In this document: positions 1-11,920 of the stretch, piece after piece
How the letters are laid out: the number at the start of each line of letters is the position of its first letter
How positions within the stretch are numbered: position 1 is the stretch's first letter
Assembly (NCBI GenBank): GCA_030390025.1
Contig: JASTWF010000035.1
Coordinates: 2,604,001-2,668,000, forward strand
Direction: 5' to 3'
Length of the DNA: 64,000 nucleotides
Source of the DNA: Squalus acanthias
Lineage: Eukaryota
Notes under the pieces: model-generated
What the model was told of the DNA's origin: nothing
Databases searched by the model: none
Seen by the model: the letters and a program-made list of their open reading frames with translations, nothing else
Made by a program: the position numbers and the translations under genes

Positions 1-882
1 CTAGTCAAACTTGAATAGATTTACTACTGAAATATTAAACCTACAAATCCTATTCTGTTATTTTTCCTTCACTTACTGTTCTTACGATTCCAATTCTCAG
101 TATCCATTTTGGAGGTGACAGTAAGGTTGTCATTGGATAAACACTGGCCTTAAGCAATCCATATCATACTGTTTGAAATGGAGATGGGGCAGAATTGCCT
201 ATTTTGACATTTCTGGCTGTGCCACTCTGAACCAACTGTCAGAAGGTGTGTGAGAGTGGTCCGGATCTAACTCTACTGCTGATTACCTCTCTATCCCTTT
301 GAAGAACACCAGGGGAACGAGTAGTGATGTGATGGAGACTGAAAGTTTGTTGGTTGAGCATCTATCTAAGGCACTGCATGTGATGCTGCCCAGTATGCTG
401 GTTCTCTGCATTAGGCTGGAATGTTGTGCTTCTGTCCTTCAGATGCCCCACATGATGCTTTTTTGATCTCGGACGCACCATCATGTGTAGATGTGGAATG
501 CAGGGAAACCTGCCCCGGGTTGATTCTCCCTCAACCTCTTGTACTTCCTAATGCCCGATTACAGAGTGCCTTTGGGAGATCCCGTGGAGCAGGTTATCCG
601 CTTGCCCCGAGTACCAGCGAACAGTGTTAGGGACTGACGACGTAAAAAAGGTGAGAAAATATTAACAGGAACCAGAGATAAAACTATTTCCTGTCGCTTC
701 TACGTAAGTTTTTGCTTCCTGGGAGGTGGCAGCTGTGCCAAGGTCATGAAGGGCGAAGTAAATGGCAACACAGCATCTGAGTGCAGGAATCTTACTACCC
801 ATCGTTAGCATATAACTGCTCAGAAGATCAAATTCTAGCTGTTAAGGACCTTCATCTCTCCTCACTAATGTTGGGCAAGAAG

Positions 883-987
883 GTGCTGAGGGAGTAATGC
901 AGTGTCAGAGGTGCCGTCTTTCAGATGAGACGTTAAACCGGGCCGCGTTTGCCCTCTCAGGTGGACGTAAAAGATCATATGGCACTA
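883..987 (+). mobile_element. Deu-domain SINE, 5' part (continues at 20828)
   Basis: Aligns to the intact copy at 63563-63997 (gaggtgccgtctttcagatgagacgttaaacc...gtggacgtaaaagatc..atggcacta). Confidence 0.8.
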
Positions 988-1348
988 ATCCATAGAATAG
1001 AATCATAGAATGGTTACAGCATGGAAGAAGGCCATTCGGCCCATTGAGCCCGTGCTGGCTCTCTGCAAGAGCACTTCAGCTCGTCCCACTCATAATCATA
1101 GAGTCATACGGCACAGAAGGAGGCCATTCGGCCCACCGAGTCCGTGCTGGCTCTCTGCAAGAACACTTCAGCTCGTCCCACTCATAATCATAGAGTCATA
1201 GGGCACAGAAGGAGGCCATTCGGCCCACCGAGTCCGTGCTGGCTCTCTGTAGAGCAATCCAGTCAGTCCCACTCCCCTGCTCTATCCCCACAGCCCAGCA
1301 AGTTTATTTCCCTCAAGTGCCTATCCAGTCTCCCCTTGAAAACATTGA
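988..1348 (-). mobile_element. Stacked CR1 LINE 3' tails (three consecutive tail units)
   Basis: (catagaat/catagagt)n tail microsatellite and the ggccattcggccc 3'-end motif repeated at ~91-bp spacing. Confidence 0.8.
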
Positions 1349-2182
1349 GGGCTGGATTTTCTGAATGGAGACGTGTTGGAGGCGGGACTGCTGCTTGCTG
1401 GGTCTCCGTCCCGCCTCCATCATCTTCTGGCCAACCAGCAGGATTTTCCCCTGATGGACCTTGTTAAGCCCGCCCTGCGGGCTCAGCAGGCCAATTAGGG
1501 GGAAGTCACTGACAGAGCACGTCAACGTCTGACGTGCCATCTGTCAAGATTTCTTGAAAGAAGAAATGTCAGCGTTTGACAGCTCTGTGAAGCTGTCAAA
1601 CACTGACATTCTGTGTAGTTTGATGAGCCCTTGTGTTCAGGACTTATCAAACCTTTCTACTTTGTAGAAATCAGATGACTGTTGGTTTGGAGGATCCAAC
1701 AGCCAGTCTGTGAAATCGACAATGAAGATGTCAGGACTCCGGATCCAGAGCGGCTGAAGGCTGTAGGCAGAAACAAAGGTAAGTGAACATTTTCTAACAC
1801 TTTACACTCACCTCACATATTTACCACTCCACACTTGCACCCATCACTCACCTCTACATTGCACTTTCAGACCCCTCCGACGCCCGCAGACCTCCTTCAC
1901 GTCTCCTCCACCACGGCGGGGTTCTCCGAGGTCGGGAAGCCTGAACTTGAAAAGGTAAAATGGGACTAATCCTTTTTTCTGCCTGTTAACTACCTGTTAA
2001 CAGGCAGTTAAAAGGATTTAATCCCTTTCCCACCTTGAGGAGACGGGACCCGGGTCAGGACGGCTTCCCGCCTCCTGGCAAAAGGGCATGGGGGCGGGTT
2101 TCCCAGCCGTTCCCACTTTCTGCAACTTTACCGGCAGTCCCGCCTCCATACCCGCCTCCTCGGGGCTGGCAAAATCCAACCC
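1349..2182. mobile_element. Non-autonomous Harbinger-type MITE (834 bp)
   Basis: TIRs gggctggatttt / aaaatccaaccc and 3-bp TSD TGA (1346-1348, 2183-2185). Removing it restores the CR1 sequence aaacattgagtgtctccg. Confidence 0.8.
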
Positions 2183-2658
2183 TGAGTGTCTCCGCTTCCA
2201 CCACTTCCATCGGCAGCAAATTGCAAGTCCTCACCACTCGCTGCATAAAAAAGTTTTTCCTCACATCCCCCCTGTATCACTTGCCCAAAACCTTAAATCT
2301 GTGTCCCCTAGTCCTTGTACCATCAACTAGTGGGAACAGCCTTTCCCCGTCTAGCCTATCCAAACCCATCATAATCTTGTATACCTCTATCAAATCACCC
2401 CTCAACCTCCTTTGCTCTAATGAAAACAAATTCAGCTTCTCCAACCTGTCTTTGTAGCTAAGATCCCCCATCCCTGGAACCATTCTGGTGAATCTCCTCT
2501 GCACCCTCTCAAGGGCCTTCACATCCTTCCTAAAGTGTGGTGACCAGAACTGACCGCAATACTCCAGTTGTGGCCTAACCAGCGCTTTATAAAGGTTCAG
2601 CATAACTTCTCTACTTTTGTACTCAATACCTCTATTTATGAAGCCCAAGATCCCATTA
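2183..2658 (-). mobile_element. CR1 LINE family A, RT C-terminal segment (host element, piece 2)
   Basis: ORF 2277..2717 YKALVRPQLEYC..WSPH..LERVQRRFTR. Colinear with the copy at 36555-38777. Confidence 0.9.
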
Positions 2659-3979
2659 TAAAAGATGTAATAGCAGAGCACTTGGAAAACAGTGACAGGA
2701 TCGGACAAAGTCAACATGGATTTACAAAAGGTAAATCATGCTTGACTAATCTACTGGAATTTTTTGAGGATGTAACTGGTAGAATAGATAAGAGAGAACC
2801 AGTGGATCTGGTGTATTTGGACTTTCAGAAGGCTTTCGATAAGGTCCCACATAAGAGATTAGCGTGCAAAGTTAAAGCACATGGGATTGGGGGTAAGGTA
2901 CTGACTTGGATAGAGAACTGGTTGGCAGACAGGAAGCAAAGAGTTGGAATAAACGGGTCTTTTTCCGAGTGGCAGGCAGTGACTAGTGGGGTACCGCAGG
3001 GATCGGTGCTAGGACCCCAGTTCTTCACAATATATATTAATGATCTAGACGAGGGAACTAGATATAATATCTCCAAGTTTGCAGACGACACAAATCTGGG
3101 TGGGCGTTTGTGCTGTGAGGAGGATGCAGAGAAACTCCAGTATGATTTGGACAGGTTGGTTGATTGGGCAGATGCATTGGATATCCACTTTGGTGGCAAA
3201 AACAGGAAGACAGATTATTATCTGAACGGCAATAGATTGGGAAAAGGGTAGGTGCAACGAGACCTGGGTGTCCTTGTGCACCAGTCGCTGAAGCTAAGCA
3301 TGCAGGTGCAGCAGGCGGTTAAGAAGGCAAATGGTATGTTGGCCATCATAGCAAGAGGATTCGAGTACAGGAGCAAGGATGTCTTGCTGCAGTTGTACAG
3401 GGCCTTGGTGAGACCACACCTTGAGTATTGTGTGCAGTTTTGGTCGCCTTATCTGAGGAAGGATGTTCTTGCCATGGAGGGAGTGCAGCGAAGATTCACC
3501 AGACTGATACCTGGGATGGCAGGAATGACGTATGAAGAGAGATTGGGTCGATTAGGCTTATATTCGCTAGAGTTTAGAAGAATGAGAGGGGATCTCATTG
3601 AAACTTATAAAATTCTAACAGGACTAGACAGACTAGATGCAGGAAGGATGTTCCCGATGGCGGGGGAGTCCAGAAGCAGGGGTCACAGTCTAAAGATAAG
3701 GGGTAAGCCATTTAGGACTGAGATGAGGAGGAATTTCTTCACCCAGAGAGTGGTGAACCTGTGGAATTCACTACCACAGAAGGCAGTTGAGGCCAATTCA
3801 TTAAATGTATTCAAGAAGGAATTAGATATATTTCTTAAGGCTAAAGGGATCAAGGGATATGGGGAGAAAGCAAGGACAGGGTACTGAATTTGGATGATCA
3901 GCCATGAACTCATTAAATGGCGGAACAGGCTCGAAGGGCCGAATGGCCTACTCCTGCTCCTATCTTCTATGTTTCTATG
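2657..3979 (+). mobile_element. 5'-truncated CR1 LINE (RT plus 3' tail), decayed
   Basis: [25 protein letters not shown] and KFADD motifs. Premature stop at 3249-3251 and an internal deletion. 3' hairpin and ctatgttt tail. Confidence 0.93.
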
Positions 3980-4285
3980 TAACCACTCTCTCAATATGTC
4001 CTGCCACCTTCAGGGACCTATGCACATTAACTCCCAGGTCCCTCTGTCCCTGCACACTCTTTAAAACTGTGCCATGAAGTCTATATTGCCTCTCCCTGTT
4101 CCTTCTGCCAAAATGCATCACCTCACACTTCTCCGTATTAAATTCCATCTGCCACTTGTCTGCCCATTCTGCTAGCTTTTCTATGTCCTGTTGCAGTCGA
4201 TTGGTATCATCCTCCCTGTTTGCCACACCCCCAAGTTTGGTGTCATCGGCAAATTTAGAAATTCTACTCTGTATTCCAATATCCA
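3980..4285 (-). mobile_element. CR1 family A host element, piece 3
   Basis: [18 protein letters not shown]...WQMEFNTEKC. Continues piece 2. Confidence 0.88.
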
Positions 4286-5412
4286 TTGGACGTAACAGAG
4301 GATTGATGAAGGGAATTGGATCCAAAATTGGCTTAGTGGCAGGCGGCAGAGGGTGATGGTCGAAGGATGTTTTGTGACTGGAAGCCTGTGTCCAGTGGTG
4401 CACCGCAGGGATCGGTGATAGGTCCCTTGCTGTTTGTAGTGTACGTTAATGATTTAGATATGAATGTTGGAGGTATGATCAGTAAGTTCGCAGATGACAC
4501 GGAAATTGGTGGAGTGGTAAATAGCGAGGAGGGAAGCCTCAGGCTACAGGACGATATAGACGGGTTGGTCAGATGGGCAGAACAGTGGCAAATGGAATTT
4601 AACCCTGAAAAGTGTGAGGTGATGCATTTTGGGAGGACTAACAAGGCAAGGGAATACACAATGAATGGTAGGACCCTAGGAAGGACAGAGGATCAGAGGG
4701 ACCTTGGTGTGCATGTACATAGATCCCTGAAGGCAGCAGGACAGGTAGATAAGGTGGTTAAGAAGGCATATGGGATACTTGCCTTCATTAGCCGAGGCAT
4801 AGAATATAAGAGCAGGGAGGTTATGATGGAGCTGTACTAAACGCTAGTTAGGCCACAGCTGGAATACTGTCTGCAGTTCTGGTCACCACACTATAGGAAG
4901 GATGTGATTGCATTGGAGAGGGTGCAGAGGAGATTCACCAGGATGTTACCTGGGCTGCAGCGTTTCAGCTATGAAGAGAGACTGGACAGGCTGGAGTTGT
5001 TTTCCTTAGAGCAGAGAAGGCTGAGGGGGGACCTGATTGAGGTGTACAAAATTATGAGGGGCATAGATAGGGTAGATAGAAAGGAACTTTTCCCCTTAGT
5101 AGAGGGGTCAATAACCAGGGGGCATAGTTTCAAGGTAAGGGGCAGGAGGTTTAGAGGGGATTTGAGGAAAAACTTTTTCACCCAGAGGGTGGTTGGAATC
5201 TGGAACTCACTGCCTGAAAGGGTGGTAGAGGCAGGAACCCTCACAACATTCAAGAAGCATTTAGATGAGCATTTGAAACGCCATAGCATACAAGGCTACG
5301 GACCAAGTGCTGGAAAATGGGATTCGAATAGACAGGGCTTGATGGCCGGCGCAGACACGATGGCCCGAAGGGCCACTTTCTGTGCTGTATAACTCTGTGA
5401 CTCTATGACTCT
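4286..5412 (+). mobile_element. 5'-truncated CR1 LINE, family D (same family as 27599-32210)
   Basis: RT ORFs 4367..4840 and 4904..5392 are nearly identical in protein to 27602..29332. Confidence 0.93.
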
Positions 5413-5997
5413 CGGTCATTTATATATATGATAAAAAGCAGTGGCCCCAGCACTGACCTTTGGGGAACTCCATTGTCTACCATCCTCCAGTCTGAAAAAC
5501 AGCAATTTACCTCAACTCGCTGTTTTCTGCCCTTAATCCAATTCCTCATCCAAGCTGCCACTGACCCACCTATTCCATGAGCCTCAATTTTGTTAACCAG
5601 CCTTCTATGTGGTACTTTGTCAAATGCCTTCTGAAAATCCATGCAGACAACATCCATTACATTCCCTTCATCTATCCTCTGTTACTTCATCAAAAAATTC
5701 AATTAGATTAGTCAAACACGATCTGCCTTTTACAAATCCGTGTTGGCTCTCCTTAATTAGCTTAAACCTCTCCATGTGCCCGTTAATTTTTTCCTTGATT
5801 ATTGTTTCTAAAAATTTATCCACCACTGATGTTAAACTGACCGGCCTGTAGTTACTAGGATTGTCCTTACACCCTTTCTTGAACAATGGTGTCACATTTG
5901 CCACTTTCCAATCCTCAGGCACCTCCCCCGCATCTAGGGAAGATTGAAAAATTATGGCAAGCCCTTCCACTATCTCCACCCCCAATTCCCTTAGCAA
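5413..5997 (-). mobile_element. CR1 family A host element, piece 4
   Basis: DFQKAFDKVPH, PEDWKVANVTPLFKKG and NYRPVSLTSVV motifs. Confidence 0.88.
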
Positions 5998-8584
5998 AAA
6001 TAGTAAAATAGAGGTTGGGGAGGGCATCACGAGGGAAATTAGAGAAGCGTGCAATAAGAGCACAGCTGTCATCATAGGTGACTTTAACTTACATATAGAT
6101 TGGACTAGCCTAATCAGTAAAAATAATGAGGAGGAGGAATTCCTTGAGTGTTTAAGGGATGGTTATCTGGATCAATATGTCGAGGAACCAACTCGGGAAC
6201 AGGCTATATTGGACTGGGTACTGTGCAATGAGAAGGGACTAATTAGTAATCTTGTTGTACGGGGACCCTTGGGTCAGAGCGATCATAACATGATCGATTT
6301 CTCACTCGAAATGGAGAGCGAAGAAATTGACTCAGAGACTAAGGTCCTGAATTTAAACAAGGGGAATTATGATGCCATTAGACGGGAACTGAGTAGGTCT
6401 GATTGGACAACGTTCCTGGGAGGACTGGAGGTAGATAAACAATGGCAAGCATTTAAAGATAGAATGACAAAATTGCAAAAATTGTTTATACCAATCTGGC
6501 ATAAAAGGAAATCTAAAAAGGTGACTCAACCGTGGATAACAGGGGAAATTAGAGACAGCATAAAATCCAAAGATAGGGCGTATAAAATAGCCAAAAAAAG
6601 CGCCAGAGCGGAAGATTGGGAACAGTTTAAGATAGAGCAAAGGAGGACAAAGGGCTTAATCAAGAGGGGCAAAATAGCTTACGAAAGCAAGCTGGCGGAA
6701 AATATAAAAACTAACTCCAAAAGCTTTTATAAGTATATCAAGAGGAAAAGACTGGTGAAAACCAAAGTTGGTCCATTGCAGTCAGATACGGGGGAATATA
6801 TAACGGGAAATAAGGAAATGGCAGACCAACTAAATGCATACTTTGGGTCAGTCTTTACGAAGGAAGACACAAAAAACCTCCCTGGGATATCGGGAAAAAT
6901 AGGGACATTGGCAAAGGAGGAACTGACGCAAATCAATATCTCTAAGGATATGGTGTTAAGGAAGCTAAAGGGATTGAAGGCGGACAAATCCCCAGGGCCT
7001 GATAACATGCATCCTAGGGTACTGAAGGAGGTGGCCCTAGAGATAGCGGATGCACTAAGTATGATTTTTCAGAATTCATTAGACTCGGGAACAGTGCCCA
7101 TGGATTGGAGGGTAGCTAACGTTACCCCACTATTCAAAAAGGGGGGTAGGGAAAAAGCAGGTAATTACAGACCTGTAAGCCTTACATCAGTTGTGGGCAA
7201 AATGCTGGAGTCCATCATTAAGGATGAAATAGCGGAGCACTTAGCAAATGGGGACAGGATAGGACAGAGTCAACATGGATTTACAAAGGGTAAATCGTGC
7301 TTGACTAATCTATTGGAATTTTTTGAGGGAGTAACTGGTAAAATAGATGGGGGAGAGCCAGTAGATGTGGTGTACCTGGACTTCCAAAAGGCCTTCGACA
7401 AGGTCCCACATAAAAGATTAGCATGGAAAATTGAAGCTCATGGGATAAAGGGGAAAGTATTGACGTGGATAGAGAACTGGCTGTCAGATAGAAAACAGAG
7501 AGTTGGAATAAACGGCTCATTTTCTGAATGGCAGGCAGTAACAAGTGGGGTACCGCAGGGATCTGTCCTGGGTCCCCAGCTGTTCACAATTTACATTAAT
7601 GACCTGGATCAGGGAGTCGGATGCAGCATTTCCAAATTTGCAGACGACACTAAACTAGGAGGGGGGGTGGGCTCAGAGGAGGAGACCAGGAAGCTCCAGA
7701 GCGATTTGGACAGACTGGGTGATTGGGCGGATAAATGGCAGATGCACTATAATGTGGACAAGTGCGAAGTTATCCACCTTGGGTGCAGGAACGGGAGGGC
7801 AAATTATTATTTAAATGGCAATAAATTGGGAGAGGGGGAAGTACAGAGAGACCTGGGTGTTCTTGTACACCAGTCACTGAAGGCGAGCATGCAGGTGCAA
7901 CAGGCGGTCAAGAAGGCAAACGGTATGCTGGCCTTCATAGCAAAAGGGTTGGAATACAGGAACAGGGATACCTTGCTGCAGCTGTACAGGGCACTGGTGA
8001 GACCACACCTCGAGTACTGTGTACAGTTTTGGTCGCCTCATCTGAGGAAAGATGTTCTTGCCATGGAGGGAGTGCAGCGGCGATTCACCAGGCTGATACC
8101 AGGAATGGCAGGATTGACCTATGAGGAGAGACTATGTAGTTTAGGGATGTACACACTGGAGTTTAGAAGATTGAGAGGGGACCTCATAGAAGTGTATAAA
8201 ATTCTGACAGGTCTAGACAGACTAGATGCAGAAGGAATGTTTCCCTTGGCGGGTGAGAACAGAACTAGAGGACATAATTTAAGGATAAGGGCTAAACCAT
8301 TTAGGACAGAAATGAGGGGGAATTTCTTCACTCAGAGGGTGGTGAACCTGTGGAACTCATTGCCACAGAGGGCAGTGTACGCCAGCTCATTAAATATATT
8401 TAAGAGGGAATTAGATATATTTCTACAGGCAAAAGGGGTTAAGGGTTACGGAGAGAAGGCGGGGACGGGATACTGAATTGGAGGATCAGCCATGATCTCA
8501 TTAAATGGCGGAGCAGGCTCGAAGGGCCGGATGGCCTACTCCTGCTCCTATCTTCTATGTATGTATCTATGTATCTATGTATGT
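5998..8584 (+). mobile_element. Young 5'-truncated CR1 LINE with uninterrupted partial ORF2 (EN C-half plus RT, to 8476)
   Basis: ~825 stop-free codons containing GDFN, LDWV and SDHN (APE endonuclease) plus all RT motifs. 3' hairpin and (ctatgtat)n tail. Near-identical inverted copy at 61325-62680. Confidence 0.96.
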
Positions 8585-8869
8585 AACCTGGAATGCAAGC
8601 CATCTGGACCAGGTGACTTGTCCACTCTAAGCATACCCAGTCTTTCTAGTACATCCTGTCTATCAGTTTTCACCCCTTCCATTGCTTCTACCTTTTCCAC
8701 TTCTACCGATATTTTGTCAACATTCACCTCTTTAGTAAACACAGATACAAAGTACTCAGAGTATTCTAGCCTTGCCCTGCGCCTCTAAGCATATATCACC
8801 TTCTTTGTCTCCAATAGGCCCCACCCTGCCTCTTACTACCCGTTTACTGTTTACATGCCGGTAGAAGTA
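8585..8869 (-). mobile_element. CR1 family A host element, piece 5
   Basis: Encodes the KSPGPDGLHSR region on the minus strand. Colinear with 36985-37262. Confidence 0.85.
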
Positions 8870-8934
8870 CAGGAAACTTTCGTTTATCCGGCACCCAAAT
8901 ATCCGGAATTCTCGCTTAACCGGCAAAAATCATC

Positions 8935-9070
8935 CTCCGAAAACTCCTCTCAAATAACCAGCAATGTTGCCGAGTCGCAGTCGAGTCTCCGCGAACGCCG
9001 AGTACTCCGAAAACTCCTCTCAAATAACCAGCAATGTTGCCGATCCCGAGTCCGAGTCCGCGAACGCCGA
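8935..9070. repeat. 70-bp direct repeat x2 in Tigger 5' region
   Basis: ctccgaaaactcctctcaaataaccagcaatgttgccga at 8935 and 9005. Confidence 0.85.
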
Positions 9071-9177
9071 TTTAGTCAGTAGGGGTACTTTTCAAAAGTG
9101 CCAGTACTCGGCCTCCTGGCGCTGTCGCAAGTCCAAAACATTGCAGTAGCAGGAGTCGATTCTCCCGCGCTGCCTGG

Positions 9178-9500
9178 AGTCTCTTCTGATCGGCCATTTT
9201 GCTGGGTGTCTCCCACGATGCTGGTAGTCTCTTCTGATCCACCATTTTGCTGTGTGTCTCCCACGCTGCTGGTACTGTAGTCTCTTCTGATCCACCATTT
9301 TGCTGTGTGTCTCCCACGCTGCTGGTACTGTAGTCTCCTGTGATACACCATTTTGCTGTGTGTCTCCCACGCTGCTGGTACTGTAGTCTCTTCTGATACA
9401 CCATTTTACTGTGTGTCTCCCACGCTGCTGGTACTGTAGTCTCTTCTGATACACCATTTTGCTGTGTGTCTGCCACGCTGCTGGTAGTCTCTTCCTAGCC
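9178..9500. repeat. 53-bp minisatellite (~6 units) upstream of the transposase ATG
   Basis: Unit ccattttgctgtgtgtctcccacgctgctggtactgtagtctcttctgat(c/a)ca. Confidence 0.92.
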
Positions 9501-9558
9501 ACCATTGTTCTGTGTGTCTTTCCATCTTCATCGGCAATTATATCCTCCATCTTGCACT

Positions 9559-11331
9559 ATGGAATTCCCAAAAGCTGGTCCAAGCAAAAGGAAGAGAGTG
9601 GTCTTAACTTTAAAACAGAAAATCGAGATATGCCAACGACTAGAAAGGGGAGAGAAGCGTATCAACATTATGAATGAATTCAAAATCGGTTCGTCAACAA
9701 TCTACGACATCAAATCGCAGAAGGATAAGCTGCTCAAGTTTTATTCAAGCTCAGAGACATCTAAGAGTGTAGAGAAACGGCGTACACTTCGTAAGCCTAA
9801 GCTTGAAGAGCTGGATACCGTGCTTTATGAATGGTTTTCTCTTAAGCGTTCAGAGGGTGTTCCAATTTCCGGACCCATGCTAATCGAGAAAGCGAAGGAT
9901 TTCTACGAAAGGATGGAGCTCACTGACAAGTGTGCTTTCTCCGAGGGATGGCTAACGTGCTTCAAGTTACGGCACGAGATACGACGACTCGATATTTCCG
10001 GGGAGAAGAAATCAGCTGATCACGACGCCGCAGAAGAATACTGCGATTATTTCAATCGGATTGTGCAGCAACATGATTTGTCGCCAGCACAGATATACAA
10101 TGCCGATGAAACTGGCTTGTTTTGGAGGTTTTTGCCAGAATCAACGCTTGCTGGGGCTAGTGAGGCTAATGCTTCAGGTTACAAGAAAAATAAAGATCGT
10201 GTAACCGTGCTAACATGTGCGAACACCGCTGGATCACACCGGGTTAATCTTCTTGTTATCGAGAAGTATAAAAATCCCCGTGCATTTAAAAATGTGAGGC
10301 ACTTACCTGTTGAGTACAAAGCTCAAAAAAATGCTTGGATGGATAAAGAAATCTTCTCCGATTGGTTCCATCATATTTTTGTTCCATCTGTGAGGGAACA
10401 TTTCCGCAAAATAGGGAAACCTGAAGATAGCAAATGCATTTTATTGCTTGATAATTGCAGAGCCCATCCGCATGAATCCCAGTTGGTTTCGGGAAATATT
10501 TTCACCATTTATTTGCCACCAAATGTAACTTCTCTCATCCAACCCATGGACCAGGGCGTTATCCAAAATCTGAAGTGTCATTAAAAGAAAGACTTCCTAC
10601 GTAAACTGATAAGCCAAGATGACAATATTCAAGATTTGCAGAAGGAATACAATATTAAAGATGCCATCTATAATGTTGCATGTTCCTGGAAATTGGTGAA
10701 AGGTCACACTCTGAGGCAAGCCTGGTGCAAATTGTGGCCTTCTGTAATGTTTGCTGAAGGTTCTTCTTCAGAGGAGGAATTTCATGGGTTCAGTGTTCGT
10801 CCCAAGAAGAGTACAATAATAGAAATGGCTGGAATGGTGAAAAATGCAGGCCCAGCAAACCCTCTACGTCACCTCAGTGAAAGTGATATTGAGCAGTGGG
10901 TTGATGCAGATAGAGAAGTTTGTGTTGTGCATATGCTAAGTGATGATGAAATAATTCAGAATGTTTTGAATCCAAAGAAAGAAAAGGAAAGCGAGATGGA
11001 AAGTGAAGAGGATGAGATTTCTGAAGATGAGAAGATTTCTTGGGCTAAAGCTGCAGACGGATTTTCTACAATCCTCAAATTTGCTGAAAGGCAGAATTGC
11101 GACACTGCACAAGAAGTTATGCAACTCCATATTCTGCATTCCACCTTTCTACAGAAAAGGCAAGAGTCCACTAAGCAAACCGACATCCGCAACATGTTTA
11201 AGAAAGCTTCCAAAAGAGTCGCAGCAGCGGAAGTGCCTGAAGAATCTGTGGCATCGGTGGAACTGCGTGTTCCTGATGACCCAGCTGGCACGGATACGGA
11301 TATTTCTGATGAACCAGATGACTCGGAATAA
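9559..11331 (+). pseudogene. pogo/Tigger (CENP-B-like HTH plus DDD) transposase with one in-frame stop
   Basis: [39 protein letters not shown] and LIQPMDQG motifs. ORFs 9505..10584 and 10636..11331 share a frame and are separated only by TAA at 10582-10584. Confidence 0.92.
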
Positions 11332-11634
11332 GTGTACAGTCAACTACAGTACTGTAGACAGTCGTTTATAAGTTTTGTTTTACTGTTAAGTAATTAAAGA
11401 GTTATGGATTACCCTCAACTGGCAGTACTGTACTTAATCAAGCATCTTCCACTATCCATTTAACACAACATTCTGTAGGTGAGTACCCAAATACTGTATA
11501 CTGCACATTTCTTGATTTATTTATTTTTCTTTGTTAAAAATAGCCTCGGTAGATATAACTCTCCGTTATCCGGTACTTTCGATAAACCGGCACCACGCCG
11601 GTCCCGTCGGTGCCGGTTAATAAAGAGTTTCCTG

Positions 11635-11920
11635 TATTTGGGTTCCATTTTATGTTAACTACCATTCTACTCTCATATTCTCTCTTTGCATCTTATTTTC
11701 ATCTTCACTTCCCCTCTCAACTTATTGTATTTGGTCTGGTTCTCCCTTAAAGAATTCACCTGACAGACATCATACACCCTCTTTTTTTGTTTCATCATCT
11801 TCTCTATCTCCTTCGTCATCCAAGGCGTCCTTGCTTTGGTTCCCTTACTCTCCCTTACTCTCCCTCTTGTTGGAATGTACCTAGCCTGTACTTGGAACAT
11901 CTCCCCCTTAAAGATCACCC
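11635..11920 (-). mobile_element. CR1 family A host element, piece 6
   Basis: ORF 11673..11918 KARTPWMTKEIEK. Colinear with 36710-36975. Confidence 0.85.

Larger units (their letters stand above)
8870..11634 (+). mobile_element. pogo/Tigger DNA transposon, full length (2765 bp)
   Basis: TA TSD (8868-8869, 11635-11636). Imperfect 26-bp TIRs caggaaactttcgtttatccggcacc / ggtgccggttaataaagagtttcctg. Transposase inside. Confidence 0.95.

Noticed and set aside
421..650. Possible exon (acceptor ccttcAG at ~442 or ttacAG at ~564; donor AAG|GTGAGA at 650)
   Set aside because: Frames either contain stops or give peptides with no recognisable ADAM or other similarity, so it is not supportable.
2825..3199. 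Numerous antisense ORFs overlapping CR1 RT regions
   Set aside because: Shadow frames of the RT coding strand, recurring in every copy with no independent motifs.
5954..8476. Retron, group II intron or DGR-type reverse transcriptase system
   Set aside because: APE endonuclease plus RT with FADD motif and a CR1 3' tail identifies an ordinary non-LTR retrotransposon.
9072..9550. Repetitive minus-strand ORFs
   Set aside because: Translation artefacts of the 53-bp minisatellite.
9559..11331. Domesticated TIGD/JRK-like host gene
   Set aside because: Flanked by TIRs and a TA TSD, inserted inside a CR1, and carries a nonsense codon.
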